Shown here piece after piece: positions 9,044 through 18,283 of a DNA stretch of 64,000 bases (its first letter is position 1; each line of letters opens with the position of its first letter). The DNA is taken from the NCBI GenBank assembly GCA_964655705.1, contig CAZZPP010000003.1:37427-101426 (forward strand). Reading direction: 5' to 3'. A program made the translations under genes and the position numbers. The notes below the pieces were generated by a model, which did no database searches, was not told where the DNA came from, and saw only the letters and a program-made list of their open reading frames with translations. This DNA is from an uncultured Candidatus Saccharibacteria bacterium. GTDB lineage: Bacteria > Patescibacteriota > Dojkabacteria > SC72.

Positions 9044-9310
9044 TTATAGAGATTCTACCACATCTATGTAGTATTGACCTCTTTTAAAGCCACTCATTCT
9101 CCTAAATTTAACAAAACCATCACTTTTAGCATGAATAGAGTAATCCTTAGAAGAGTATGTATTTTTACCAGGATGATATACAGAGCCTCTCTGCTTAACA
9201 ATGATATTACCAGATTGTACTCTCTCACCCTCAAACTTTTTTACACCTAGTCTCTTACCTGCAACATGGCCTCCCATTGTAACGCTACCTGCTCCTACAA
9301 CATGTGACAT
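9044..9310 (-). CDS. rpmA: 50S ribosomal protein L27
   Basis: KRLGVKKF, GNIIVKQRG, HPGKN and DGFVKF motifs. Confidence 0.93.
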   Translation of the reverse strand: MSHVVGAGSVTMGGHVAGKRLGVKKFEGERVQSGNIIVKQRGSVYHPGKNTYSSKDYSIHAKSDGFVKFRRMSGFKRGQYYIDVVESL

Positions 9311-9332
9311 TGCTCTGTATATTTAAATTTAA

Positions 9333-10499
9333 CTATCTCTTTTCGAGTATGAAAATATTCCTTGCAATAATACTATTTATCCTCTTCCATTTCAAGTCCC
9401 CTTTTGAATATTTTCTATTTAAAACACTCCATCTTTTATCTATTAACTCAGATATATTAATAGTTACCCACCCCTTATTTGTTTTGTATGAAGGAAGTAT
9501 TAGTACTAATCTAAAACCTTTACTTGAAATCTGATTCACAATATTAAAAAAGGATATATACAACTTTCTAATATCATTAAGCAATTCCTGTGCCTTGTAC
9601 ATACTCACTACTCTTCTTTGTACTGGACCCATAAAGGGTTCACATACAATTGCATTGATATTCGTTTTCTTCAAATCCTTAATTACTCTCCTTTCGACAT
9701 TATGTATATCCAATTGAAAAATATTGTATTTAGTATTATGTATCAAACCCCTGTCAGAAAGCCACTTAATATTCTTGTTTGCAATCTCGAGTGCTCCTAA
9801 ATCAATATCAGAACCTAATATATCAAAACCCAAAACAGCAGCCTCCATAAGGATAGTACCACTACCACAAAATGGATCCCATATTACACCCTCACTAAGC
9901 CCTGTAAGATTACACATTATTCTAGCTAACTTTTGAGGTAATACTCCCATATCAAAATCAACCCCTGGCTTATCAATATCTCTACTAACAAATGCCTCAA
10001 TATCTTGAATGCCCATTGTAGATCCATATACTTTACCCATATTGCTTTCAAATATACATAACTCAAAGCCATCTTGTAGGATACCATTATTAATTACCTG
10101 TGCTGCGTTTAACTCTCGTTTTTTAGGAAGAATGAATCTAGTTGATACACTCTGAGATTTAAAGCCTCTCTTAATTTCATTAGCTAACCTTTGGATATCC
10201 TTAATTAATATATCACTCTCTCCTAATACCGATATACCATATACAACTTTTTTACTATTAAAAAAAGGAGTAAGAAATGAATCCAAATCCTCGATGACTT
10301 CACCATAACGGATAAAGCCTCCAAGTTTTTTGAATATGGTATTTAACTGCTCATGAGAAATAGTGTTACTCTCTACAAAAAGAATCGTATTACTAACATG
10401 CTTAATACAATCTTTTGATATACCAAAAGATTCAAAAACTAAACTAAGTTCTGCAAGGGAAATTTCAAAAAAATTACCACACTCAAAAAAATATCGCAT
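9333..10499 (-). CDS. Trm11/TrmG10-like (THUMP + class I) RNA methyltransferase
   Basis: LPQKLARIMCNL, WDPFCGSGTIL, GSDID and CEPFMG motifs. Confidence 0.75.
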   Translation of the reverse strand: MRYFFECGNFFEISLAELSLVFESFGISKDCIKHVSNTILFVESNTISHEQLNTIFKKLGGFIRYGEVIEDLDSFLTPFFNSKKVVYGISVLGESDILIKDIQRLANEIKRGFKSQSVSTRFILPKKRELNAAQVINNGILQDGFELCIFESNMGKVYGSTMGIQDIEAFVSRDIDKPGVDFDMGVLPQKLARIMCNLTGLSEGVIWDPFCGSGTILMEAAVLGFDILGSDIDLGALEIANKNIKWLSDRGLIHNTKYNIFQLDIHNVERRVIKDLKKTNINAIVCEPFMGPVQRRVVSMYKAQELLNDIRKLYISFFNIVNQISSKGFRLVLILPSYKTNKGWVTINISELIDKRWSVLNRKYSKGDLKWKRINSIIARNIFILEKR

Positions 10500-10831
10500 T
10501 AGACTATCTTCTTTACTAATACTCTACTAATTAATGCTCTATGACCCATACTCCTTGTATATCTTGACTTTGCTTTGTATTTAAAAACATCTACTTTCTT
10601 ATCCTTCTTCTGAGAAGTAATCTCTAATGTGACCTTACTACCCTCTACCAAAGGAGCACCCAGTTTAATATCTTTACCATCAAAAACAAGCAAGACATCT
10701 GTAATCTCAACCTTATCCCCCTTATTCCCTTCTATCTTGTTTACCTCATACTCTTTACCTTCATACACCTTTAATTGTGTACCAGATATTTTGATAACTG
10801 CAAATTTTTCAATATTTTCATTTTTACTCAT
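10499..10831 (-). CDS. rplU: 50S ribosomal protein L21
   Basis: FAVIKISGTQLKV, LGAPLVEG and FKYKAKSRY..SMGHR motifs. Confidence 0.95.
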   Translation of the reverse strand: MSKNENIEKFAVIKISGTQLKVYEGKEYEVNKIEGNKGDKVEITDVLLVFDGKDIKLGAPLVEGSKVTLEITSQKKDKKVDVFKYKAKSRYTRSMGHRALISRVLVKKIV

Positions 10832-10855
10832 GACCCAAGGATTTTAAGTTATTAT

Positions 10856-12163
10856 TCAATAATTGTCAATTATACTCTTACTACCCCTATGACTACTACT
10901 TCTATTCATTATACTTTGAACTACTCCTAATGAAAAGAGAGTAACAACAGTAATGGTCCCCCCTGCACTAACTAAAGGTAGGGGAATACCTGTAGCTGGT
11001 ACAACCCCCAGATTAGTACCTACATTAACAAAAACTTCTAGAAGTATTTTCATAGCAATACCAATAACGATAATTGAGGAGAATACATCATTAGATATAT
11101 CAATTGATCCAACAAAGATCTTAACAATGATAATTGCAAAAAGAGAGAGAAGTAACAAGGAACCAACTAAGCCATACTCTTCTGCAAAAGAAGCAAATAT
11201 GAAGTCTGTCTGGTGCTCAGGAAGAAAATCTCTTTTACTCTGAGTACCATTTCCAAACCCCTTACCAAATATCTGCCCTGAACCAATAGCAATTCTAGCT
11301 TGATTAACATTAAATCCGATATCTTGAGTACTTTGTGTAGGATTTAAAAATGCTTCAATTCTTTGCTTTTGATACTCCTTAAGTACATTCTTGTACATTA
11401 CCACAGAAGTTGCACCTAGAAATATACCTACAACAGCACTGACTACAATTAGTAATTTCCAACTATCTTTGTAGTAATATGCAAATATTGATAGAACAAT
11501 TGCTAAAACCGAAAGTAATATATATATCCAATTATCACTAAAACTAACTAGGAAGAAGGAAGAGGATATTAACCCTACAATTAAGAGAGATATACTATTT
11601 CTCAATTGATTACTTAATCCAGTAAATGCTACTAAAAACCATAGTATGAGTACTAGAAAAGACATACTCCCGGCAGGTTCAAAATAGATTAGCAAGAAAA
11701 TTGGTAATACTGCTAAGAAAGAAATTAGGAATAGTACCCACTGATTGTATCTTTCTTTGAATGAAAAGATTGCAGCTGTGGTAAGTATTACAGTAATTTT
11801 TGCAATCTCAGAAGGCTGTATCTGGATATTCCCAATAACTAACCATCTTTGAACATTGTTAATTACTGGTCCAAACAGATACACAGATATTAGAAGGAGT
11901 ATCGTAAAAATATATACAGGAATAATCAGTTGAAGGTATTTAAACAGAGATATATCTATAATGGTAGTAACAAAATATATTACAAATCCAAATACTAAAA
12001 ATAATATCTGCTTCCTAACAATATCAAAGTCCCCAAATTCTCCACTGCTTTCAATCGTAGTAGAGAGTAAGGTTATTACCCCAATTACAGATATTAAAAA
12101 TGTGGGGATAAATTGAAGAAAATCAATCTTCAATGTATTTAACTTCTTACTACCTATCTTCAT
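10856..12163 (-). CDS. rodA: SEDS peptidoglycan polymerase, RodA-like
   Basis: IQPSEIAK, IAIGSGQIFGKG, FLPEHQTDFIF and TGIPLPLVSAGG motifs; start position approximate. Confidence 0.85.
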   Translation of the reverse strand: MKIGSKKLNTLKIDFLQFIPTFLISVIGVITLLSTTIESSGEFGDFDIVRKQILFLVFGFVIYFVTTIIDISLFKYLQLIIPVYIFTILLLISVYLFGPVINNVQRWLVIGNIQIQPSEIAKITVILTTAAIFSFKERYNQWVLFLISFLAVLPIFLLIYFEPAGSMSFLVLILWFLVAFTGLSNQLRNSISLLIVGLISSSFFLVSFSDNWIYILLSVLAIVLSIFAYYYKDSWKLLIVVSAVVGIFLGATSVVMYKNVLKEYQKQRIEAFLNPTQSTQDIGFNVNQARIAIGSGQIFGKGFGNGTQSKRDFLPEHQTDFIFASFAEEYGLVGSLLLLSLFAIIIVKIFVGSIDISNDVFSSIIVIGIAMKILLEVFVNVGTNLGVVPATGIPLPLVSAGGTITVVTLFSLGVVQSIMNRSSSHRGSKSIIDNY

Positions 12164-12380
12164 CAACATTAATCTCAACTAATTTACTCTTACTCTTCAT
12201 ACCATGAATAATATTAACAGAGGATTTAGGAATATGGAAATAATTAGAAAGAGTATCAATCAATTCATTATTGGCTTTGTTTTTAATTGGCTTACTTTTT
12301 AGAGAAACTAAGTATATATTGTTTACTTTTACTACCGAGCTACTTTTAGAAAATGTTTTAACCTTAACTTTAATAATCAC
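12150..12380 (-). CDS. DUF167 (YggU) family protein
   Basis: IKVKVK...PIKNKANNELI..LS.YF.IPKS.V.I..G.KSK.K pattern. Confidence 0.85.
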   Translation of the reverse strand: MIIKVKVKTFSKSSSVVKVNNIYLVSLKSKPIKNKANNELIDTLSNYFHIPKSSVNIIHGMKSKSKLVEINVDEDR

Positions 12381-12385
12381 AGTTA

Positions 12386-13633
12386 CTACTTTTTCTTGCC
12401 CGAAAACATTTTTCTCATAAAAGCGGGTTTGTCTAAGGGGTCTTCAAAATCATCAGAGATAGAAGATTCATCAATCTTTGGAGTGGCTCCTTTGTACACC
12501 TCCTCCTCATTAGTATCAGAGATATCTGTATCATCCTCCGTAGCATCAAACACCGTATTGTCATTAATCTCATCTTCGTCTTCTACTGCAAAGTTTTTAA
12601 TCTTTCCAGAAACATCTCCCAAACCAAATACATCTACATCATCTTCATCACCTTTTTGTTTCTTAGTAAATACCTGTTTGTTCTCATCAAAACCAGTAGC
12701 AACAATTGTAATAACTATCTCTTCTCCCAAGGAAGGATCAATTTGCGCTCCGAATTTAATATTTGCAGCAGGATCTACAGCCTCTTGTATTAATTCTGAT
12801 ACCATACTAATCTCAGGAAGTGTCAAATCCGCACCAACAATGTTGTAGAGAACACCTGTTGCTCCCTCAATAGACATATCCAGAAGAGGACTTGTAGTAG
12901 CTGCTCGTGCAGCTAATTCCGCTCTCTTTTCTCCACTTGCTCTACCAATGCCCATTAATGCAGTACCTGCATTTTGCATTACTGATTTAGCATCATTAAA
13001 GTCGGCATTAATATATCCTGTCTGACTAATTAAAGTAGATATACTATTTACACCCTCAGCCAAAACAGAATCAACCATCTTCATCGCTTCAATAAAGGAA
13101 ATGTTCGCATCTGCAATTTCTAAAAGTCTCTGATTAGGGACCACTATTAATGTGTCTACCTTGTCTCTTAAGGTACTAATACCCTCCTCTGCAATCTCTC
13201 TTCTTCTGTTACCTTCAAAATCAAAAGGTTTGGTTACAACAGCAACAGTTAATGCTCCCATGTTTTTAGCTACCCCTGCAATAATTGGAGCAGCACCTGT
13301 ACCAGTACCACCACCCATACCCGCAGTAATAAAGACCATATCTGCACCCTCTAAATGCTCCTGAATTTGATCTAAACTTTCCTCAGCAGATTGGGCACCT
13401 AACTCTTGATTCCCTCCAACCCCTAACCCCTTCGTTAAAGTTTCACCTAGTTGAAGTGTCACAGGTGCCTTAGAAAGCTTCAAGGTCTGAGCATCAGTAT
13501 TAAAGGCCATGAACTCTACACCAGGAATATCGTAATCAGTCATCATTGTATTAATTGCATTACATCCTCCACCACCAACTCCAATCACTTTTATTTTTGC
13601 TACTGGGTCTACATTTGTTGTAATTAATGGCAT
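12386..13633 (-). CDS. ftsZ: Cell division protein FtsZ
   Basis: GVGGGG and GMGGGTGTG tubulin signature; acidic linker; C-terminal LDKPAFMR peptide. Confidence 0.98.
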   Translation of the reverse strand: MPLITTNVDPVAKIKVIGVGGGGCNAINTMMTDYDIPGVEFMAFNTDAQTLKLSKAPVTLQLGETLTKGLGVGGNQELGAQSAEESLDQIQEHLEGADMVFITAGMGGGTGTGAAPIIAGVAKNMGALTVAVVTKPFDFEGNRRREIAEEGISTLRDKVDTLIVVPNQRLLEIADANISFIEAMKMVDSVLAEGVNSISTLISQTGYINADFNDAKSVMQNAGTALMGIGRASGEKRAELAARAATTSPLLDMSIEGATGVLYNIVGADLTLPEISMVSELIQEAVDPAANIKFGAQIDPSLGEEIVITIVATGFDENKQVFTKKQKGDEDDVDVFGLGDVSGKIKNFAVEDEDEINDNTVFDATEDDTDISDTNEEEVYKGATPKIDESSISDDFEDPLDKPAFMRKMFSGKKK

Positions 13634-13670
13634 AACTCTAAATTAACTTAAAATTAATATTCTGGGCAGT

Positions 13671-14960
13671 TTAAGGTATCAAAGATTTAAACCATTCTAC
13701 TACTCTCTTCTTAAAAGTTCCACTGTTTTTTACCTTAGCAGATTCAGCATCAACTTCATCATCAATAGCGTAATTAATCAAGCCCTGAGCACATGCAAAA
13801 GATGGATCTGAAATCTCCTCAATCATTCCTGTAAGACCAGAAGGATATCCTATTCTAGCAGCAACACCAAATACCCCCTGAGTAAACTTTGAGAGATCCT
13901 TAAGTAAAGCAGAACCACCAGAGAGTACTATACCAGCAGGCATATTAATCTTGAAACCTGCTTTTTCGACATTTTCTCTAGCCATTTCAAATATCTCCTC
14001 TAGTCTAGCCTCAATGATATTTTTAAGCATTTCTTTAGATACTTTTTTACCAGGAATATCCAAAACTGAAAGATCAATCTCATCTCCTCTCTTTAATTTT
14101 GGCTCTTCTTCCTCTAACTTTCTTAACAATGCAGGCGTAGAATCTGAAGACAGTTTTTTAGCCTTACTCTTGTTCTCTAACAAATCATTCATATGGACCT
14201 TAATCTTTTCAGCATCCTCAAGAGACACTTGCAATCCAATAGCGATATCACTAGTTATATTAATACCACCCAATGGAATTGTTCCACTATATATTACAGA
14301 ACCCTCTTCAAAAATGGATATACAGGTAGTACCAGCACCAATGTCTAGAAGAGTAACACCTAATTCTTTCTCTGTATCAGTAAGAACAGAAAGAGAGGAT
14401 GCCCAACCAGCAAAGACTACATCAAAAACATTTAATCCTAACTGCTCAACACATTTCTTTAAGTTTTGCCAGTATGAATTAGGAGTAGTAATGATGTGGG
14501 TCTCAACCTCTAACCTGTTTCCTGACATACCAATTGGATATCTAATACCCCCTTGATTATCTACAACAAACTCTCTAGGAATAATGTGGATTGGATTAAG
14601 ATTATCTGGTAAGGAAAGTGTACGTGCATTCTCAATAGCTCTGTATGTATCATCTACAGTAATCTCTGAACCAGCTACAGCAACAACCCCTTTGTTGTTC
14701 AAACTAGTAACCAATTCACCATTAATGGAAACATACACATCTGAAACTGTAACTCCTGCCATACGTTCTGCAGCTGTTACACTCTCAGATATTGCATTAG
14801 TTGCATCATCAATATTTACTACTACACCCTTTTTAATACCCTTACTAGGGTAGGAGCATACTCCAATTACTGATGGTGTCTCGTTATCCTCTGCTGAGGA
14901 TATTACTGTAGTAATCTTACAAGATCCTACATCTATTGCTGTTATTGTTTTACGTGCCAT
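13671..14960 (-). CDS. ftsA: Cell division protein FtsA
   Basis: AIDVGSCK, LDIGAGTT, IIEARLEEIF and VLSGG motifs; start at MARKT preferred. Confidence 0.95.
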   Translation of the reverse strand: MARKTITAIDVGSCKITTVISSAEDNETPSVIGVCSYPSKGIKKGVVVNIDDATNAISESVTAAERMAGVTVSDVYVSINGELVTSLNNKGVVAVAGSEITVDDTYRAIENARTLSLPDNLNPIHIIPREFVVDNQGGIRYPIGMSGNRLEVETHIITTPNSYWQNLKKCVEQLGLNVFDVVFAGWASSLSVLTDTEKELGVTLLDIGAGTTCISIFEEGSVIYSGTIPLGGINITSDIAIGLQVSLEDAEKIKVHMNDLLENKSKAKKLSSDSTPALLRKLEEEEPKLKRGDEIDLSVLDIPGKKVSKEMLKNIIEARLEEIFEMARENVEKAGFKINMPAGIVLSGGSALLKDLSKFTQGVFGVAARIGYPSGLTGMIEEISDPSFACAQGLINYAIDDEVDAESAKVKNSGTFKKRVVEWFKSLIP

Positions 14961-15079
14961 ATGTTTAAGGGCAGTCAAATATTACTTAAAATTAAAACTA
15001 CGTTGTATATAATATAGTCAAAAAAAACACACTTAGCAAGGAGCAATACAATTTTCACAAAGTATTCCAATATTGTCAA

Positions 15080-15853
15080 CTACAATTTCATTACTGGCCT
15101 CTCAAATCGTAAATCTAAACTAGTATATTTTATCATATCCCTATCTATCTTTTCACCAACTAAATACATTCTTGCAAGTTGTATATCTAAATCAGCAGAA
15201 AGATCAAATGTGAAGGTATGATTCTCAATATCCTTAAATGTTGCAACACCATTTGAAATATCTAAGGTAGTAATTTGATAGTTAAACTCAGATAGTACAA
15301 CCTCAACCATATATATCTCTTCAAAATATATTAACTTACGACCACTTTCTAACAGACTCGAAGATGATATAAATACTAAGGTGTTCTCATTAGTATAGTT
15401 AGTACACTCCTGTATGCACTCACTACAGACCTCTAATATCAACTCCCCTGTATCCGCAAAAAGTAAACATCTTTCTGAAGAATACCCTACATACATAGGA
15501 GGGAACTCTTCAATGGAAATCTCCAATGTATTTGGTAAAATCTTTTTAACAACAACATCCCTAATATATCCATCCTTCTCCATTAAAAGATTCTTTACAT
15601 CAAGAGGTTTAATACTGAAAATATTTTTCCCAATATATTGGCTAAGGTATGAATCTAATCCCTTAGGAGTTACATTTACTAATTCAGAATTAGTATATTC
15701 AAACCTTTTGATATCCCATACCCCAATTAAAAAGGATATCAATACAAAAAGAAGAAATAATATGAATGGAAGAATTTTTCTTAAAAAAACTACAACTGGA
15801 ACTCTCTTTACCCTGTTTAATACAATATTCTGTTTTTGTGCTACTCTTACCAT
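15080..15853 (-). CDS. ftsQ: FtsQ/DivIB-like protein
   Basis: Single TM, POTRA-like KKILPNTLEISIEE, C-terminal LDLRFERPV; directly upstream of ftsA. Confidence 0.75.
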   Translation of the reverse strand: MVRVAQKQNIVLNRVKRVPVVVFLRKILPFILFLLFVLISFLIGVWDIKRFEYTNSELVNVTPKGLDSYLSQYIGKNIFSIKPLDVKNLLMEKDGYIRDVVVKKILPNTLEISIEEFPPMYVGYSSERCLLFADTGELILEVCSECIQECTNYTNENTLVFISSSSLLESGRKLIYFEEIYMVEVVLSEFNYQITTLDISNGVATFKDIENHTFTFDLSADLDIQLARMYLVGEKIDRDMIKYTSLDLRFERPVMKL

Positions 15854-15935
15854 ATACAAAGTGTAAACTATATATGATAAATTTGAAAGAGATTTTTAAC
15901 TTTTTCTTTTTTCTGCTAACATTTAGTTATTAAAA

Positions 15936-16568
15936 ATGATAAACCTTTTACTTACAAAACTCTTGGAAATACTAATTAGGATGGGTAATTGGGGAGTATT
16001 CCTCTCTGCTATAGGGATATTCCCAACTGAGATCATTATGGCAATACTAGGAGCAGAAAAGGAATCAAATATATGGATGATTGCACTTGCTTCAGGTTTA
16101 GGAGAAATGGTTGGTGGATACCCAGTATACTTAATTGGGAAGGTTCTTACTGGCGACAAAATATATGATTGGATAGATGGTAAGGGAAGATTCCTAAATA
16201 TTGATAGAAAGAAACTGGATAGGAACAAAAAAAGGGTTGTAAAAAGAAGTTACATATATATCTTCTTTACTCGCTTTGTACCATATCTAAGAGTTGTCTC
16301 GAGCTTGGCCTCTGGGGTATTGGAGTTAAATCTAATATTATTTTCCTTAACAGTATTTCTAGGATCATATATATACTCCTTGTTAATCGCATATATGGGA
16401 TACAGAGTCGGAGGAGATTTAGAAACTATTACCAAGTATATTAATCTCTTTGATAAATGGATCCTGTTCTTTACTCTCCTGTATATTGTTCTCTCTGTGG
16501 GGCTTAAGCATAGAAAAAGGATAGCAAAGTGGATAAACAAATTTAAACAGTATATTAGGAATAGGTAA
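15936..16568 (+). CDS. DedA family membrane protein
   Basis: FPTEII, YLIGK and FFTRFVPYLR..SL.SG motifs. Confidence 0.88.
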   Translation: MINLLLTKLLEILIRMGNWGVFLSAIGIFPTEIIMAILGAEKESNIWMIALASGLGEMVGGYPVYLIGKVLTGDKIYDWIDGKGRFLNIDRKKLDRNKKRVVKRSYIYIFFTRFVPYLRVVSSLASGVLELNLILFSLTVFLGSYIYSLLIAYMGYRVGGDLETITKYINLFDKWILFFTLLYIVLSVGLKHRKRIAKWINKFKQYIRNR

Positions 16569-16588
16569 ATATCATTACATTGAAATAA

Positions 16589-16665
16589 TGGAGCGAGAGA
16601 CGGGGTTCGAACCCGCGACCTACACATTGGCAATGTGTCGTTCTAGCCAACTGAACTACTCTCGC
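16589..16665 (-). tRNA. tRNA-Gly(GCC)
   Basis: Reverse complement GCGAGAG...ACACA-TTGCCAA-TGTGT...CTCTCGCTCCA; CCA encoded. Confidence 0.96.
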
Positions 16666-16666
16666 A

Positions 16667-16742
16667 TGGTGCCGAGACCCAGATTTGAACTGGGGACCCT
16701 CTGTTCTTCAGACAGATGCTCTACCAACTGAGCTATCTCGGC
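16667..16742 (-). tRNA. tRNA-Phe(GAA)
   Basis: Reverse complement GCCGAGA...TCTGT-CTGAAGA-ACAGA...TCTCGGCACCA. Confidence 0.96.
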
Positions 16743-16789
16743 AATATATGGTAAAAAATGATATCAAATATCCAACTCCTAATCAATAT

Positions 16790-17473
16790 CTATTCGGATA
16801 GTACTACAGTACCACGTCTAGTTGGAAGTATCTCAACCCTACTACTTCTTACAAAAGCTCCCACAAGTATTAAAACTATCCCTACTATAATGCCTAAACT
16901 ATTCATATCTATACCTGTCTCAGGTATATCCTCAATATCTAAATAGAATGTTGCAGAGGAAGGCTTGGTAGTAAGGATATTTAATGAGGATGTCCCATCA
17001 ATAATTACGGACTTTAACTCCTCATCTAATCCTGAATGTTCAAATTCAAATACCACATCCTGTTTCTCTTGCGTAATTACATCAAACTCTAACCTAGCCA
17101 ATACCTCAGGTAAATCCTGTGTTACATAAAGGGGGGTACCCTCTGTTTGGATAACTCCTGTTAACATCACAATTCCCTCTGTATTATCCGTACTCTGTTG
17201 GTCATCTGGCCATAACTCAAATAGGGAGTTATCTCTAAGTGCTCTTCTAAGTTGTAAAACAGCTGGATCAAATTTAACCACAGCTCTGACCTTGTCTACC
17301 TCATATCCACCAGAGTCAATTAGGATATCAATAGTAAATCCCTCCTCAATATTTGATATCACTCCACTTGAAGGATAGAAAGAAAGGGATGGCTCTAAAG
17401 CATGTACTCCCATAAATGAGAGTAACAATATTAAAACAGAAAGAGATATAACCCCTAGTTTTTTTCTTCTCAT
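16790..17473 (-). CDS. Secreted cohesin-like beta-domain protein with LPXTG-like C-terminal anchor
   Basis: Signal peptide; FTIDILID...VKFDPAVLQ...LARLEFDV cohesin-like pattern; IPETG followed by a TM segment and basic residues. Confidence 0.65.
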   Translation of the reverse strand: MRRKKLGVISLSVLILLLSFMGVHALEPSLSFYPSSGVISNIEEGFTIDILIDSGGYEVDKVRAVVKFDPAVLQLRRALRDNSLFELWPDDQQSTDNTEGIVMLTGVIQTEGTPLYVTQDLPEVLARLEFDVITQEKQDVVFEFEHSGLDEELKSVIIDGTSSLNILTTKPSSATFYLDIEDIPETGIDMNSLGIIVGIVLILVGAFVRSSRVEILPTRRGTVVLSE

Positions 17474-17518
17474 ATAAGTAGAATATACCATATGTAATTA
17501 ATATAGCATATATGAAAC

Positions 17519-18283
17519 ATGGACATATTTAAAGTAGTAATATTAGGTATACAACAAGGTATTACAGAGTTACTCCCCATATCAAGTAGTGCACATCTTC
17601 TACTCACATCCCAGTTACTTGATATTGAGATGGACACATACCTACTTTCAATTCTTCATCTAGGTACAACATTGGCATTGATACTTTTCTACTTTCACTT
17701 CCTTTTTAAGGATATCTTTGGGAAGGAAAAAATATCCCTCTACCTTAAAATCTTTGCCTCCATACTACCTGTGGGAATAGTTGGATTACTTTTTGAGTCT
17801 ACAATTGAGTCCTCCCTTAGAGGAAACATAACAATCGCTATCTCCCTGATAGTATGGGGTATTGCTATGATATTAATTGAAAGAAGGAATGAGCCCAAGG
17901 AGATTGAATTTAAAGATATTACTTGGAAACAATCCCTTCTAATGGGTATTAGTCAGATATTTGCTCTCATCCCAGGAGGCTCTAGATCTGGAATCTCAAC
18001 ATTAATGGGTATGCTTACCGGGTTGAATAAATATACTGCCATCTCCTACTCTTTCTTAATGGGTATACCCATCCTTTTAGCAGTACCCATATTTGAAATA
18101 GTCAAAGAATATCCTCAGAGAGTATTAAATATGTATGATATTCTAGGAGTATTAGTTGCAGGGATATTCTCGTACTTAGGACTACTACTCTTAAAGAAAT
18201 TTAGTAAAAAGAATTGGCTAACTCTCTTTGGTATTTACAGAGTGGTATTAGGTATTGTAATTGTAGTAATTGAGATCTACTAA
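17519..18283 (+). CDS. uppP: Undecaprenyl-diphosphatase
   Basis: QGITELLPISSSAH, ALIPGGSRSG and FGIYR motifs. Confidence 0.95.
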   Translation: MDIFKVVILGIQQGITELLPISSSAHLLLTSQLLDIEMDTYLLSILHLGTTLALILFYFHFLFKDIFGKEKISLYLKIFASILPVGIVGLLFESTIESSLRGNITIAISLIVWGIAMILIERRNEPKEIEFKDITWKQSLLMGISQIFALIPGGSRSGISTLMGMLTGLNKYTAISYSFLMGIPILLAVPIFEIVKEYPQRVLNMYDILGVLVAGIFSYLGLLLLKKFSKKNWLTLFGIYRVVLGIVIVVIEIY

